From Solirubrobacterales bacterium (GTDB lineage: Bacteria; Actinomycetota; Thermoleophilia; Solirubrobacterales; JACPNS01), in NCBI GenBank assembly GCA_051306435.1, contig JBPPNF010000052.1, positions 4,906-68,905 of the forward strand: a DNA stretch of 64,000 nt, read 5' to 3'. A program made the translations under genes and the position numbers. The notes beneath the pieces are model-generated. The model searched no databases, had not been told where the DNA came from, and saw only the letters and a list, made by a program, of their open reading frames with translations. Of this stretch, positions 1 through 10,710 are shown one piece after another. Each line of letters opens with the position of its first letter. Within the stretch, counting starts at the first letter, position 1.

Positions 1-265
1 GCGTGTGCCGCTTCTCCAAGGCGGCCTGTCCGCCCTCGCTCCCACGCAACACATTCGCCGAAGCCGTCCCGGCGAGCTTTATCCCCTGCCCCCCGAGCGC
101 CTTGCCCACACGCGCAGCGCGGCCAAAGCGGCTCTTGGAAATCGCGCGGTCATCCTTGTCGGCCACGAGGCCAGCCTAGACGCCCCGCTTTCCAGCAAGG
201 CCTTTACAAAACCAAACTCCACCCACGCCGAAGAGACGACTCCACCCGCTAAAATCCGCCACCGC

Positions 266-928
266 ATGTCAGACGACCGCCAAACAATCGAACTTTCCGC
301 GCGCGAATCCTTTGGTTCCCGCGATGGCCGCCGCCTCCGTAAGACCGGGAACATCCCCGGAATCCTCTACGGCCGCGGCCGCGACCCGCAAGCATTCAGC
401 GTCAACGAGCACGACCTTCGCGCAACCTTGAAGGCCGGCCACGCCCTGTTTGACGCCCAGCTCGGCGGCGACTCGGTTCCGGTGATCGTCAAGGACCAGC
501 AGCACCACCCCGTGCGCGGCGACTTCACCCACATCGATCTTCTCGAAGTGGACCTCAAGCAGTCCATCGAATCGCTCGTCCAGGTCGAACTCACAGGCGT
601 CGAAGACGCCCCGGGAGTCGTCCAGGGCGGTGTGCTCGACCAGGTCACGCGCGAACTCAACGTCGAGGCGCTGCCGACCGACATTCCGGACTCGATCGTG
701 ATCGACGTCTCCCACCTTGAGCTGAACGAGACCTACATGCTCTCGCAGGTCACGACGATCCCGTCAGAGCTCACGGTTCTCGACGACGCAGAGGAGACCG
801 TCATCGCGACCGTCACCCCGCCGTCCAAGGCCGAGGCACCCGAGACCGTCGAAGAAGAGACCGAAGTTGTCGGCGAAGGCGAAGCTGCCGTCGAAGGCGA
901 CGACGACTCCGAGTCTTCAGACGAGTAG
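266..928 (+). CDS. rplY: 50S ribosomal protein L25/general stress protein Ctc
   Basis: RRLRKTGNIPGILYG, QHHPVRGDFTHIDL, GGVLDQ, ALPTDIPD motifs and acidic tail; upstream of pth; start moved to ATG 266. Confidence 0.95.
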   Translation: MSDDRQTIELSARESFGSRDGRRLRKTGNIPGILYGRGRDPQAFSVNEHDLRATLKAGHALFDAQLGGDSVPVIVKDQQHHPVRGDFTHIDLLEVDLKQSIESLVQVELTGVEDAPGVVQGGVLDQVTRELNVEALPTDIPDSIVIDVSHLELNETYMLSQVTTIPSELTVLDDAEETVIATVTPPSKAEAPETVEEETEVVGEGEAAVEGDDDSESSDE

Positions 929-958
929 TCCGTCAAGGCTCTCCGTAGCCTTGTTCAT

Positions 959-1534
959 ATGAGCATCTTCAAGCGCGGCGGCAAGCCCGCCCCGGTTGAC
1001 TGGCTGATCGTCGGGCTGGGAAACCCCGGCAAACGCTACGCCCGCACCCGTCACAACATCGGTGAGATGGCAGCCGAGCGCCTGATCGAGCAGCTCGACC
1101 TGGGCAAGCCGAAATCGCGCTATCGCGGTGCGTTCGTGGACGGCCGGCTCGGGCCCGGTGGCCCGCGCGTCGCCGTGCTCGTCCCGGAGACCTTCATGAA
1201 TGAGAGCGGCCAGTCAGTCGGCCCGGCCCGCGGCGAGCTTCGCGTCGAGCCGGATCATGTGCTCGTGATCCACGACGAGATCGACTTCGCCTTCGGCAGG
1301 ATCGAGAGCAAGCTCGGTGGCGGACACGGCGGCCACAACGGTCTCCGGTCGATCAAGAACGGACTTGGAACCGCTGACTTTCGCCGCGTGCGCGTGGGCG
1401 TCGGCCGCCCCGATTCGACCGATCCAGAGATCGTCTCGTCGTGGGTTCTGGGAAAGTTCGACGAACCGAGGGGCGAAGTCGACGCGCTGGTCGACGACGC
1501 CGTTCGCGAAACACTGCGCCAGATCGGCGTCTAG
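959..1534 (+). CDS. pth: Peptidyl-tRNA hydrolase
   Basis: LIVGLGNPG, TRHNIG, TFMNESG, HDEID, GGHNGLRS motifs. Confidence 0.97.
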   Translation: MSIFKRGGKPAPVDWLIVGLGNPGKRYARTRHNIGEMAAERLIEQLDLGKPKSRYRGAFVDGRLGPGGPRVAVLVPETFMNESGQSVGPARGELRVEPDHVLVIHDEIDFAFGRIESKLGGGHGGHNGLRSIKNGLGTADFRRVRVGVGRPDSTDPEIVSSWVLGKFDEPRGEVDALVDDAVRETLRQIGV

Positions 1535-1697
1535 AGGTCATGGCCAAAACCTCGGGAGCGTTCTGCTGAGTCTGAAACCAAGCAGGTCGTGGCGGGCGAC
1601 CGCAGCAATAGCGGCGCTATTGCGAGGATCGCACTCCGCGAGATGCGCAGCGTTTCAGGCCAGCAGAATACCGCGGGGTTTTGGCCATGACCTCTAG
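1531..1697. mobile_element. MITE-like element copy 1 (167 bp including flanking CTAG)
   Basis: Terminal IR CTAGAGGTCATGGCCAAAACC...GGTTTTGGCCATGACCTCTAG; near-identical copy at 21576-21742; no transposase. Confidence 0.85.
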
Positions 1698-2020
1698 AAC
1701 AGCGTCTCGGACTGCGTGGGCCGTTCTGGGCGTGAACGCGCAGGACGCCCGGGAGCGGTGGCCTTGGCCATGCTGCGACGTCGCTCAAGGCGAATCCCGC
1801 CGTAAGCGCGCTTGTCAGTGAGCGAGAGCTGGCTCTCTGGAGGGGCAAGCATCACGCGCTGTTTGCGTGCTTCGGCGCGCACAGCCGCCTCCGAGCGACG
1901 CAGCTTCTTGGCGATCTTTTCGGCCGGAACCTGATGCTCCGCCATGAGTTCCAGACGCATTCTGTCTGCGCCGGTCCAAGCACGCCCCGTACGGGCCTGT
2001 TGTCTGGTGACTTTTCTCAT
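1694..2020 (-). CDS. Small basic protein with Myb/GcrA-like HTH
   Basis: WTxxDxxxL...IAKKLRRSEAAVR pattern; -10-like TAGATT 7 nt before ATG 2020. Confidence 0.6.
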   Translation of the reverse strand: MRKVTRQQARTGRAWTGADRMRLELMAEHQVPAEKIAKKLRRSEAAVRAEARKQRVMLAPPESQLSLTDKRAYGGIRLERRRSMAKATAPGRPARSRPERPTQSETLF

Positions 2021-2046
2021 ACTCACCAATCTATGGTTCGGGCCGG

Positions 2047-2062
2047 ACGAACATATGTTCGT
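2047..2062. promoter_or_regulatory. LexA (SOS/Cheo) box
   Basis: Perfect palindrome ACGAACATATGTTCGT matching Gram-positive CGAAC-N4-GTTCG, between the small HTH gene and mfd. Confidence 0.8.
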
Positions 2063-2183
2063 GTTTGGCCGTCGTCGGTCTCTGGCGTTCTCCTGCCCGA
2101 CCGCTCACTTATGTAAACACCATTTTGGGCTTTTTGTTGCTGCGATTCTGTGAACGTTTCACCGCATAGAGTCTCGGCCTCAA

Positions 2184-5100
2184 GTGAGCGAGCTAGCTCT
2201 GCCAGTACGACAAGTCGAAGACGACGAGCTGTTCAACGCGCTCGGCGGCGCTTCTGCACGGGTTTTCGTCTCCCAGGCATTCACGCCGTTCACGCTCGCA
2301 GTCGCGGCGCAGCGCTTCGCTCCCGGCCGCACCACGCTGATCGTCGCGGCAGACGACACCGCCGCCCGCGACCTTGCCGCGGATCTCTCGGCCTACCTTC
2401 CCGGCAGATCCGTGCGCTCGTATCCCGCGCGCGGAGTGATGTACGAATCGCATCTCGAGCCGCCACCGCACCTCGTCGGACTGCGCATCGCAGCGCTCGA
2501 CTCGCTGACCGCCGAGGACTCTGACGCGATCGTCGTGGTCAGTGCCGGCGCACTGGCCGAGAGAGTTCCCGACCCCGCGCTCAGGCCGCACGGGTTCAAG
2601 CTGGAGCGCGGAGGCGTCGCCGAACTCGACGAGCTGGCACGAGACCTTGTGGCCAGCGGCTACGAAAGGGTCGACCGCGTCGAGGACCGCGGCCAGTTCG
2701 CAGCACGCGGCGACATCCTCGACGTGTTTCCCGCGACCGGCGACAACGCCGTGCGGATCGAGTTCTTCGACATCGAGATTGAGTCGCTGCGCCGCTTCTC
2801 GACATTCACGCAGCGTTCACTCGAGGACGTCGAGTTCGTCGAGATCGAACCGGCGACCGAGCTCGCCGCTGAGTACCGCAAGGACGCGACGCAGGCACTC
2901 GCAGACCAGGAAGAAGGCGACGACTCCCACCCCGCGGACATCGCCGAGTTGCTTCCGATCGACCGCTTCCACGCCCTGCTCGATCTTGCGCCGGACGACG
3001 CCTGGCTTGCCGTCGCCGCCCGTGAGGATGTCGAGTCGGCGCTGACAGAGCTCGGTTCGGATGTCGAGGCGACCTATCAGGACCCGACCGGCCACGGCCT
3101 CTACGTGCCGCCGGAGGAGCTGCTCGCGCAGATCGACCAGGGAGCGGATCTGACGATCAGCAATCTCGTCGCCGAGCCCGGCGGCGCCGAGCTGCGCGCA
3201 GAGCACCCGGGGAGCATGGCGCGCAGCTTCGATGCCGCCGAGATCGAGCTTGAGAAGCTCCAGCGCAGCGGTTACCGCACGATCATCGCCTGGAGCCGCA
3301 AGTCCGAGCTTGAGCGCGCGCAGTACAACCTCGCCCGCGTCAAACCTCGAACGCTTGAAGAGTCAGACAACCAACGCGAATGGACCGGCGTCTTTTTTGC
3401 CCGGCAGACGCTGCGCGAGGGCTTCGTCTCGCCGGCGCTGAAGCTCGCCGTGATCCCCGACCGGTTGCTGCTGAGGGCGGCCGGACGAAGCGCAGCGAAG
3501 ACGAGCGCGCGCGGCCGGATCGCCGGCTTCGCCGATCTGGCGGTCGGTGACATCGTCGTCCACGAGGACCACGGGATCGCAAAGTTCGACGGCTTCGAGA
3601 CCAAGGCCGTCGCCGGCATCACGCGCGACTACCTCACGCTGCTCTACCGCGGCGGCGACAAGGTCTTTCTGCCGGCCGATCAGCTGCACAAGATCAGCCG
3701 CTACTTCGGCGCGGCCGGGCCCGACGGCGTCAACCTCAGCAAGCTCGGCGGCAAGTCATGGGAGAACCTCAAGACCCGAGCCCGCAAGGCGGCGCACGAG
3801 CTCGCAGGCGAGTTGATCAACCTCTACGCCGCGCGCCGGCGCGCGATCGGCTTCGCGTTCAGCCCGGACAACGAGATGCAGCGCCAGTTCGAGGATGCCT
3901 TTCCCTACCAGGAGACGCGCGATCAGCTCGATGCGATCGAGCGCGTCAAGGAGGGCATGGAATCCCCGCAGCCGATGGACATTCTGATCTGCGGCGACGT
4001 CGGCTTCGGCAAGACCGAAGTCGCGCTTCGCGCGGCGTTCAAGGCCGTCCAGGACAGCAAGCAGGTGATGCTGCTCGCGCCGACCACGATCCTCACCCAG
4101 CAGCACTTCGGAACCTTCAGCGAACGCATGCGCGATTTCCCGATCACCGTCGACTTCGTCAGCCGCTTCCGCAGCAGGGCCGAACAGAAGGAGTCACTGA
4201 AGAAGTTCGAGGAGGGCGCGGTCGACATCATGATCGGCACGCACCGGTTGCTCTCGGCCGACGTGAGGCCGAAGGACCTCGGCCTGATCGTCGTCGACGA
4301 GGAGCAGCGTTTCGGAGTCAAGCAGAAGGAGCTCCTGCGCCAGCTGCGCATGCAGACCGATGTCATCAGCCTCTCCGCCACGCCGATCCCGCGCACGCTG
4401 CAGATGTCGATGGCGGGCATGCGCGAGATCGCGGTGATCGCAACGCCACCCGAGGGCCGCCGCCCGGTACGCACGCATGTCGGCGAGTGGGACGAGGAGG
4501 TCGTCAAGCAGGCGCTCCAGCGCGAACACGATCGTGGCGGGCAGTCGCTGTACATGCACGACCTGGTGGGAACGATCGACGAGACGGCCGACCGAATCCG
4601 CGCGCTGATGCCCGAGCTACGGGTGAACGTCGTGCACGGTCAACTCGACGAGCACACGCTCGAAGAGCGGATGATGGGTTTCATCCGCGGCGAGTACGAG
4701 TGCCTGGTCTGCACAACGATCGTCGAATCGGGCCTCGACATCCCCTCGGCCAACACCTTGATCGTCGAGCGGGCCGACAAGCTGGGCCTGTCGCAGGCGT
4801 ACCAGATCCGCGGCCGCGTCGGCCGCGGTCGCGAGCGCGCGTTCGCCTACTTCCTCTACCCGGGCGCGGCGGCGCTCACCCAGGTCGCCGGCAGCCGGCT
4901 CTCGACCCTGGCCGACCACACTGAGCTCGGCAGCGGATTCAAAGTGGCGATGCGCGACCTCGAGATCCGCGGAGCCGGCAACCTGCTCGGCGAGGAGCAG
5001 TCGGGCCACATCGCCGCGGTCGGATTCGATCTGTACGTGTCGATGATCGATGCGGCGGTCGCAGAACTGGAAGGCAAGGGCGACGCGGAGTCGCTCCAGC

Positions 5101-5549
5101 CGGTCAGGCTCGACGTCTCGGTCGATGCCTACGTGCCCAGCGAGTACGTCATGTACGAACAGGCGAAGATCGAGCTCCACCGCAGAGTCGCCGGCGCACG
5201 CGAGCTGGCGGACGTCGGATCGCTGCGCGAAGAGCTGAAGGATCGCTTCGGCCCGGTCCCCGATCCACTGGAAAGACTGCTTCAACTTCAGGAGGCAAGG
5301 CTCAAGTTTGGTCGCTGCGGGGCCCGGACAGTGGGCTTCACATCCGGTCGACTGGTGGTTACGCCGATCGACCTCGATGCAGGTCAGGTGGCACAGGTTC
5401 GCGAAGATCACCCCACGGCCATCTACGATCGTGGCCAGCGCAGCATTGCGTTGCGTGTGGATGGGGAGCCGGAGGAGCAGTTCTCTGCTCTGTCGGGGTT
5501 GGCGGATTCTTTGGTAGGAGCCATCGGGTCTGTACCCGAACCGGTGTAG
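2184..5549 (+). CDS. mfd: Transcription-repair coupling factor
   Basis: UvrB-homology region, CarD/RID (VVHEDHGI), GDVGFGKT, DEEQRFG, SATPIPRT, QIRGRVGR, DLEIRGAGNLLG. Confidence 0.98.
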   Translation: MSELALPVRQVEDDELFNALGGASARVFVSQAFTPFTLAVAAQRFAPGRTTLIVAADDTAARDLAADLSAYLPGRSVRSYPARGVMYESHLEPPPHLVGLRIAALDSLTAEDSDAIVVVSAGALAERVPDPALRPHGFKLERGGVAELDELARDLVASGYERVDRVEDRGQFAARGDILDVFPATGDNAVRIEFFDIEIESLRRFSTFTQRSLEDVEFVEIEPATELAAEYRKDATQALADQEEGDDSHPADIAELLPIDRFHALLDLAPDDAWLAVAAREDVESALTELGSDVEATYQDPTGHGLYVPPEELLAQIDQGADLTISNLVAEPGGAELRAEHPGSMARSFDAAEIELEKLQRSGYRTIIAWSRKSELERAQYNLARVKPRTLEESDNQREWTGVFFARQTLREGFVSPALKLAVIPDRLLLRAAGRSAAKTSARGRIAGFADLAVGDIVVHEDHGIAKFDGFETKAVAGITRDYLTLLYRGGDKVFLPADQLHKISRYFGAAGPDGVNLSKLGGKSWENLKTRARKAAHELAGELINLYAARRRAIGFAFSPDNEMQRQFEDAFPYQETRDQLDAIERVKEGMESPQPMDILICGDVGFGKTEVALRAAFKAVQDSKQVMLLAPTTILTQQHFGTFSERMRDFPITVDFVSRFRSRAEQKESLKKFEEGAVDIMIGTHRLLSADVRPKDLGLIVVDEEQRFGVKQKELLRQLRMQTDVISLSATPIPRTLQMSMAGMREIAVIATPPEGRRPVRTHVGEWDEEVVKQALQREHDRGGQSLYMHDLVGTIDETADRIRALMPELRVNVVHGQLDEHTLEERMMGFIRGEYECLVCTTIVESGLDIPSANTLIVERADKLGLSQAYQIRGRVGRGRERAFAYFLYPGAAALTQVAGSRLSTLADHTELGSGFKVAMRDLEIRGAGNLLGEEQSGHIAAVGFDLYVSMIDAAVAELEGKGDAESLQPVRLDVSVDAYVPSEYVMYEQAKIELHRRVAGARELADVGSLREELKDRFGPVPDPLERLLQLQEARLKFGRCGARTVGFTSGRLVVTPIDLDAGQVAQVREDHPTAIYDRGQRSIALRVDGEPEEQFSALSGLADSLVGAIGSVPEPV

Positions 5550-5682
5550 AAAAATCACTGTTCGGGGTCCGTTAAGCGTGTCTTATGCGCCGCAACATGC
5601 GAGTTTGCGGGCGGTTCCACTTGATATGTTCCCACCGCTTTTGACCTGAAAACTAGAGCGAAAAACAAACGAGCATCGAGCT

Positions 5683-6798
5683 GTGAAAAACATCACTTCG
5701 AACAAATATTTCATTCCCGGTTTTGCCGTCGTCGTCTTTCTGTTGGTGGCGCTTGTCCTCGTCGTGTTCCGTGGCGGAGTCCCGGACGACGCGGTCGCTT
5801 CCGTTGACGGCAACGCGATCCCGATCACTGAGTTCAACAAGACCTTGAAGGTCAACTCGGCCCAGAGTGGCGGCGTGGTCCCGGACCCGCCGGACTACAC
5901 CAAGTGCATCGCGAACAAGAAGAAGACCACTCCCAAGCTCAGCGACTCTGCCCTGAAGAAGCAGTGTGAGAACGACTGGACCACCTCCAAGGACACAATC
6001 ATGACTTCGCTGATCCAGCAGGAGTGGTTCCAGCTCGAGGCGGAGGACCGCGGCATCGAGATCAGCGACGCCGAGGTCAAGGCCCGTTTCGCACAGCTCA
6101 AGCAGCAGTCCTTCCCGAAGGCCGCTGACTACCAGAAGTTCCTCAAGCAGTACAACCAGACCGAGGCTGACCTGCTCAAGCTCGTCAGGGTGAGCATGAT
6201 CCAGGAGAAGGTCCAGGCGGAGGTCACCGCGATCCCGACGCCCAGCACCGGACAGGTCGAGGACGAGTACAACAAGAACAAGAAGAAGTACGCCACGCCC
6301 GCATCACGTGACATCAACCTCGTGTTCAACGCCAGCAAGGCCAAGGCTGACGCCGCGAAGTCAGCACTCGAGGACGGAGACAGCTGGAGCGCAGTCGCCA
6401 AGGAGTACTCCGAGGACAGCGTCAGCAAGTCAAACGGCGGAAAGTTCCCGGGCGTGACCAAGGGTCAGTTCCCGAAGGCACTCGACGAAGCCGTCTTCAG
6501 CGCCGACAAGGGCAAGATCGTCGGCCCGATCAAGACGCAGTACGGCTACTACCTCTTCGAGGTCACCAAGGCCACGTCCGCGTCGCAACAGACGCTGGCA
6601 AAGGCCGCGCCGCAGATCAAGTCGACCCTCCAGCAGGAGGCCCAGCAGAAGGCTCAGACCAGCTTCCAGACTGAGTTCACCGACAAGTGGCGCAAGAAGA
6701 CCAAGTGCGCCGATGACTTCAAGGTCGCTGCCGTCTGTGGCAACGCACCGGAGCCGAAGGAAGGCTCAACCGCCGAAGCCGGAGCAGCAGCCCAGTAA
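5683..6798 (+). CDS. PrsA/SurA-like peptidyl-prolyl isomerase foldase
   Basis: N-terminal TM helix, SurA_N-like region, parvulin motifs AKEYSED and GPIKTQYGYY; follows mfd. Confidence 0.85.
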   Translation: MKNITSNKYFIPGFAVVVFLLVALVLVVFRGGVPDDAVASVDGNAIPITEFNKTLKVNSAQSGGVVPDPPDYTKCIANKKKTTPKLSDSALKKQCENDWTTSKDTIMTSLIQQEWFQLEAEDRGIEISDAEVKARFAQLKQQSFPKAADYQKFLKQYNQTEADLLKLVRVSMIQEKVQAEVTAIPTPSTGQVEDEYNKNKKKYATPASRDINLVFNASKAKADAAKSALEDGDSWSAVAKEYSEDSVSKSNGGKFPGVTKGQFPKALDEAVFSADKGKIVGPIKTQYGYYLFEVTKATSASQQTLAKAAPQIKSTLQQEAQQKAQTSFQTEFTDKWRKKTKCADDFKVAAVCGNAPEPKEGSTAEAGAAAQ

Positions 6799-6825
6799 GC
6801 ATTCCCGCCAGATTGATCCACGACT

Positions 6826-6853
6826 ACGCCCGGCCGTTGTGCCGGGCGTTTTT
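6826..6853 (+). terminator. Intrinsic terminator
   Basis: ACGCCCGGC-cgttgt-GCCGGGCGT followed by TTTT. Confidence 0.85.
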
Positions 6854-6872
6854 CGTTCTCCGGGCGATTTGA

Positions 6873-8213
<1,341 letters not shown>

Positions 8214-8260
8214 CTGCTCAAGGGGCAGGGGACGCGCCAATCCACGCGAAACCCGTCCCT

Positions 8261-8617
8261 ATGCCTTCGAAGGACTCAGGGAAGAGGTCGCGTGCTCCGC
8301 GTGAGCGGGTTCGCGTTGCGCACAAGAGCAAAGGGCGCCCGGTCTCCAAAGGCATCCGCTGGGACCGCCTCCCGGGCAACTGGCTCGTGGTCATCCTGCT
8401 CGTGATGGGCGCGCTCTACGTGCCGCCGCTGAAGGGCTACTACGAACAACGCAAAGCGACAAGCGCGGCGAAGTCAACCCTTCAGCAGGTAGGCAAAGAA
8501 AACCGCGCCCTCAAAGCAAGAGCCCGCTCGCTGAAGAAAGAATCAACCATCGAGCTCGAGGCCCGCAAACTTGGCATGGTCAACCCCGAAGAACGACCTT
8601 TCGTAATCCTCCGGTGA
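8261..8617 (+). CDS. Septum formation initiator (FtsB/DivIC family)
   Basis: TM helix, coiled coil, IELEARKLGMVNPEE; classic position after eno. Confidence 0.85.
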   Translation: MPSKDSGKRSRAPRERVRVAHKSKGRPVSKGIRWDRLPGNWLVVILLVMGALYVPPLKGYYEQRKATSAAKSTLQQVGKENRALKARARSLKKESTIELEARKLGMVNPEERPFVILR

Positions 8618-8634
8618 CCAACCCGGTCGGGTAC

Positions 8635-8698
8635 GGGTGTCAGATGACCTTGTCCCCGCAGACGTACTCAGTCGAGGAGACAAGGTCATCTGGAACCC
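8635..8698. repeat. Long intergenic inverted repeat between convergent genes
   Basis: CAGATGACCTTGTC (8641-8654) and GACAAGGTCATCTG (8679-8692) form a perfect 14-bp IR. Confidence 0.7.
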
Positions 8699-8701
8699 AA
8701 G

Positions 8702-9277
8702 TCATGCAGCGTTGGTGGCTGCCTCTTCCGACGAGTTCTCTTCGTCAGCGGATTCTTCGGAGTACCGATTGATCACGATCTGATCAGATGAGATCGTCAC
8801 GGAGATCGGACGGTGCCCCGCCCAGTGTTCGGCGTAGACCGGATCTTCAACGATCGCCGGATCGAGCCAGAGCCCGTAACCCTCTTCGCCGTGATCGAAG
8901 GTCGCTTCAAATGCCGGCCGGCGACGGCCTCGGCCGCCACGACGGCCACGACGACGGCGACGTCCGGGGGCAGCGCCCTCGTCGTCCTCGTCGGCGTTGG
9001 TCGCCTCTGCTTCGCGCTTCGCGAGAGCTGCTTCCAGCTCTGAGGCGATCAACGCGTCGTCTTCGGCTCGCAAGTCAAGTTCTTCTTCGATCCCGGGAGT
9101 TGAGTCTTGGGAATCGGCTGCAGCGGCACCGTCAGCATCGAGCGACTGCTCGCGCTTGAACGCGGCGATGTCTTCCGCCGTGGCGTCAAGCTGATGCGCG
9201 ATCCAGGCGTCTGTGCGGCCCTGTCGGACCCATACGCGAATCTGGTTGAGGTGTGGTCGTAGCTGTCTAGTTGCCAT
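8702..9277 (-). CDS. Hypothetical protein: HTH-like N-terminus, Arg/Gly-rich segment
   Basis: IRVWVRQGRTDAWIAHQL, acidic linker, RRRRRGRRGGRGRRR; -10-like TAAGGT before ATG 9277. Confidence 0.75.
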   Translation of the reverse strand: MATRQLRPHLNQIRVWVRQGRTDAWIAHQLDATAEDIAAFKREQSLDADGAAAADSQDSTPGIEEELDLRAEDDALIASELEAALAKREAEATNADEDDEGAAPGRRRRRGRRGGRGRRRPAFEATFDHGEEGYGLWLDPAIVEDPVYAEHWAGHRPISVTISSDQIVINRYSEESADEENSSEEAATNAA

Positions 9278-9490
9278 GTCGCTGACCTTATCAGCGGCTT
9301 TCACGCGGAAATCGGTGCATTTCTCGGCCCGAAGGTATAGACAATCTGGCCAGCTATCCAGTAAAGTGAACGCACTGCGGGAGCAGGACATCCCGCGCGT
9401 AGTGGTTTTTAGGTACCATCACTGCTCAGCCCCGAGCGGCGGGCCTGATGGGTCGCCGCTCGAACGACGCAAAGTGCTTGGAGGCGCTGC

Positions 9491-9736
9491 ATGCTCGTAC
9501 TCACCCGGAAATCGAATCAGAGCATCATGATCGCGGATGACGTTGAAATCTCCGTGCTCTCAATCGTGGGTGACAAGGTCCGCATCGGCATCGAAGCCCC
9601 GAAGAACATCCCGATCTTCCGCAAAGAGGTCTACCTGCAGATCCAGCGCGAACAGGCCGAGGAACACGCCGGCTCGCCGGACGCCACACCCGAAGCAGTG
9701 GACGCCGCCCTGGGCCAGATCGCCGACGGCGCCTAG
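9491..9736 (+). CDS. csrA: Carbon storage regulator CsrA
   Basis: MLVLTRK...SIMI...[19 protein letters not shown]; GGAGG RBS. Confidence 0.96.
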   Translation: MLVLTRKSNQSIMIADDVEISVLSIVGDKVRIGIEAPKNIPIFRKEVYLQIQREQAEEHAGSPDATPEAVDAALGQIADGA

Positions 9737-9752
9737 CTCCGCCTGCCCCGCT

Positions 9753-9899
9753 TTGCATGCCTCCGGCATGCAAGCCAAAGGTCCGCCGCAACGCCCCTTA
9801 TTCAAGCCGTTTTCATTGCTTGCCAGAGGCATGCAAGAAGAATGCCTTGGGAATCACCCGTTTACGATTGCCAGTCGGTTGCATGCCGGAGGCATGCAA
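9753..9899. repeat. REP/REPIN-like array type 1: three 21-bp palindromes, 63-bp period
   Basis: TTGCATGCC-nnn-GGCATGCAA units at 9753, 9816 (one mismatch) and 9879; same motif flanks the RAYT at 51-52 kb. Confidence 0.85.
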
Positions 9900-9917
9900 G
9901 GGCGTCGGGGGTTCGTT

Positions 9918-10157
9918 CTAGGCCATGATTGAGCTGAGGACTTGGAACATGCCCCAGCTCACAAGAACGACAGTGGCGACAAGCACGACCATGAGCGTGA
10001 CGAAGCGCCGGAACTGGTGCTGTTCGTGCTGCTCGATGTAGCGCTTCTGCGTGCGCTTGATCGCTTCGTGACGCACTTCATGGCGTTGTTTGCGGTCGGT
10101 GTGAGTGTGCTCGTGGAACGCACGCTCGAACTCGGCCACTGATTGCCGCATCTTCAT
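9918..10157 (-). CDS. Small hypothetical protein with C-terminal TM helix
   Basis: Charged helix plus hydrophobic C-terminus; -10-like TAGAGT upstream; start uncertain. Confidence 0.7.
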   Translation of the reverse strand: MKMRQSVAEFERAFHEHTHTDRKQRHEVRHEAIKRTQKRYIEQHEQHQFRRFVTLMVVLVATVVLVSWGMFQVLSSIMA

Positions 10158-10170
10158 AACGCCATTCACT

Positions 10171-10704
10171 CTAGCGATCACAGGCCCGCCAAAGGCCTTT
10201 CCTAGTGCGGATTGCTACACGCTCCAGATCGGCAAATTGCTCGGCCTTTGAGGTGTTGGGCTCAATCTCCAGCGTTCGCGCGAAGCCCCGCCTGAGCAGC
10301 TCGGCATTGACGAACGTCTCGCCGATGTAGACGAACGCCAGGGATCGACCGAACCTGTCCTCTGTCTCGCGATCGGGCACCAGCCGCACCGTGCGACCGT
10401 TGACCAGCGACTTGTTGAAGGCACTGGCGTCTTTGCCGAAGCACTCGACCGGGCTGTCGGGCTTGACCGACTCGGGCGTGTCGACGCCGATGTACCGGAC
10501 GCGTTCGGTGCGGCCGCCAGCGCCGCGCACGAGGATCGTGTCGCCGTCGACGACTCGGAGCACGGTTGCCGTTCGAGCTCCGGCCGGCGGCGGCGCGGAG
10601 GATTGCCCGGACGGTGCCGGCGAATCACCGTCGATGAGGAAATTCGCCAGCACCACCAGAGCGGCGAATGCGACAACCCAGGCCGCCGCATGCGCGCGGG
10701 ACAT
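10171..10704 (-). CDS. Thermonuclease (SNase-like), membrane-anchored or secreted
   Basis: RVVDGDT, VRYIGVDTPE, DRFGRSLAFVY, VNAELLRRG, KGLW. Confidence 0.93.
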   Translation of the reverse strand: MSRAHAAAWVVAFAALVVLANFLIDGDSPAPSGQSSAPPPAGARTATVLRVVDGDTILVRGAGGRTERVRYIGVDTPESVKPDSPVECFGKDASAFNKSLVNGRTVRLVPDRETEDRFGRSLAFVYIGETFVNAELLRRGFARTLEIEPNTSKAEQFADLERVAIRTRKGLWRACDR

Positions 10705-10710
10705 CGGGAA

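Noticed and set aside
5-265. N-terminal extension of the rplY ORF
   Set aside because: No L25 similarity before Met at 266; a -10-like TAAAAT lies just upstream of 266
9753-9899. Palindrome arrays (also 28107-28255 and 51-52 kb) read as mini-CRISPR arrays
   Set aside because: Only 2-3 units, orientation flips within arrays, spacers share motifs, no cas genes; association with a RAYT explains them better
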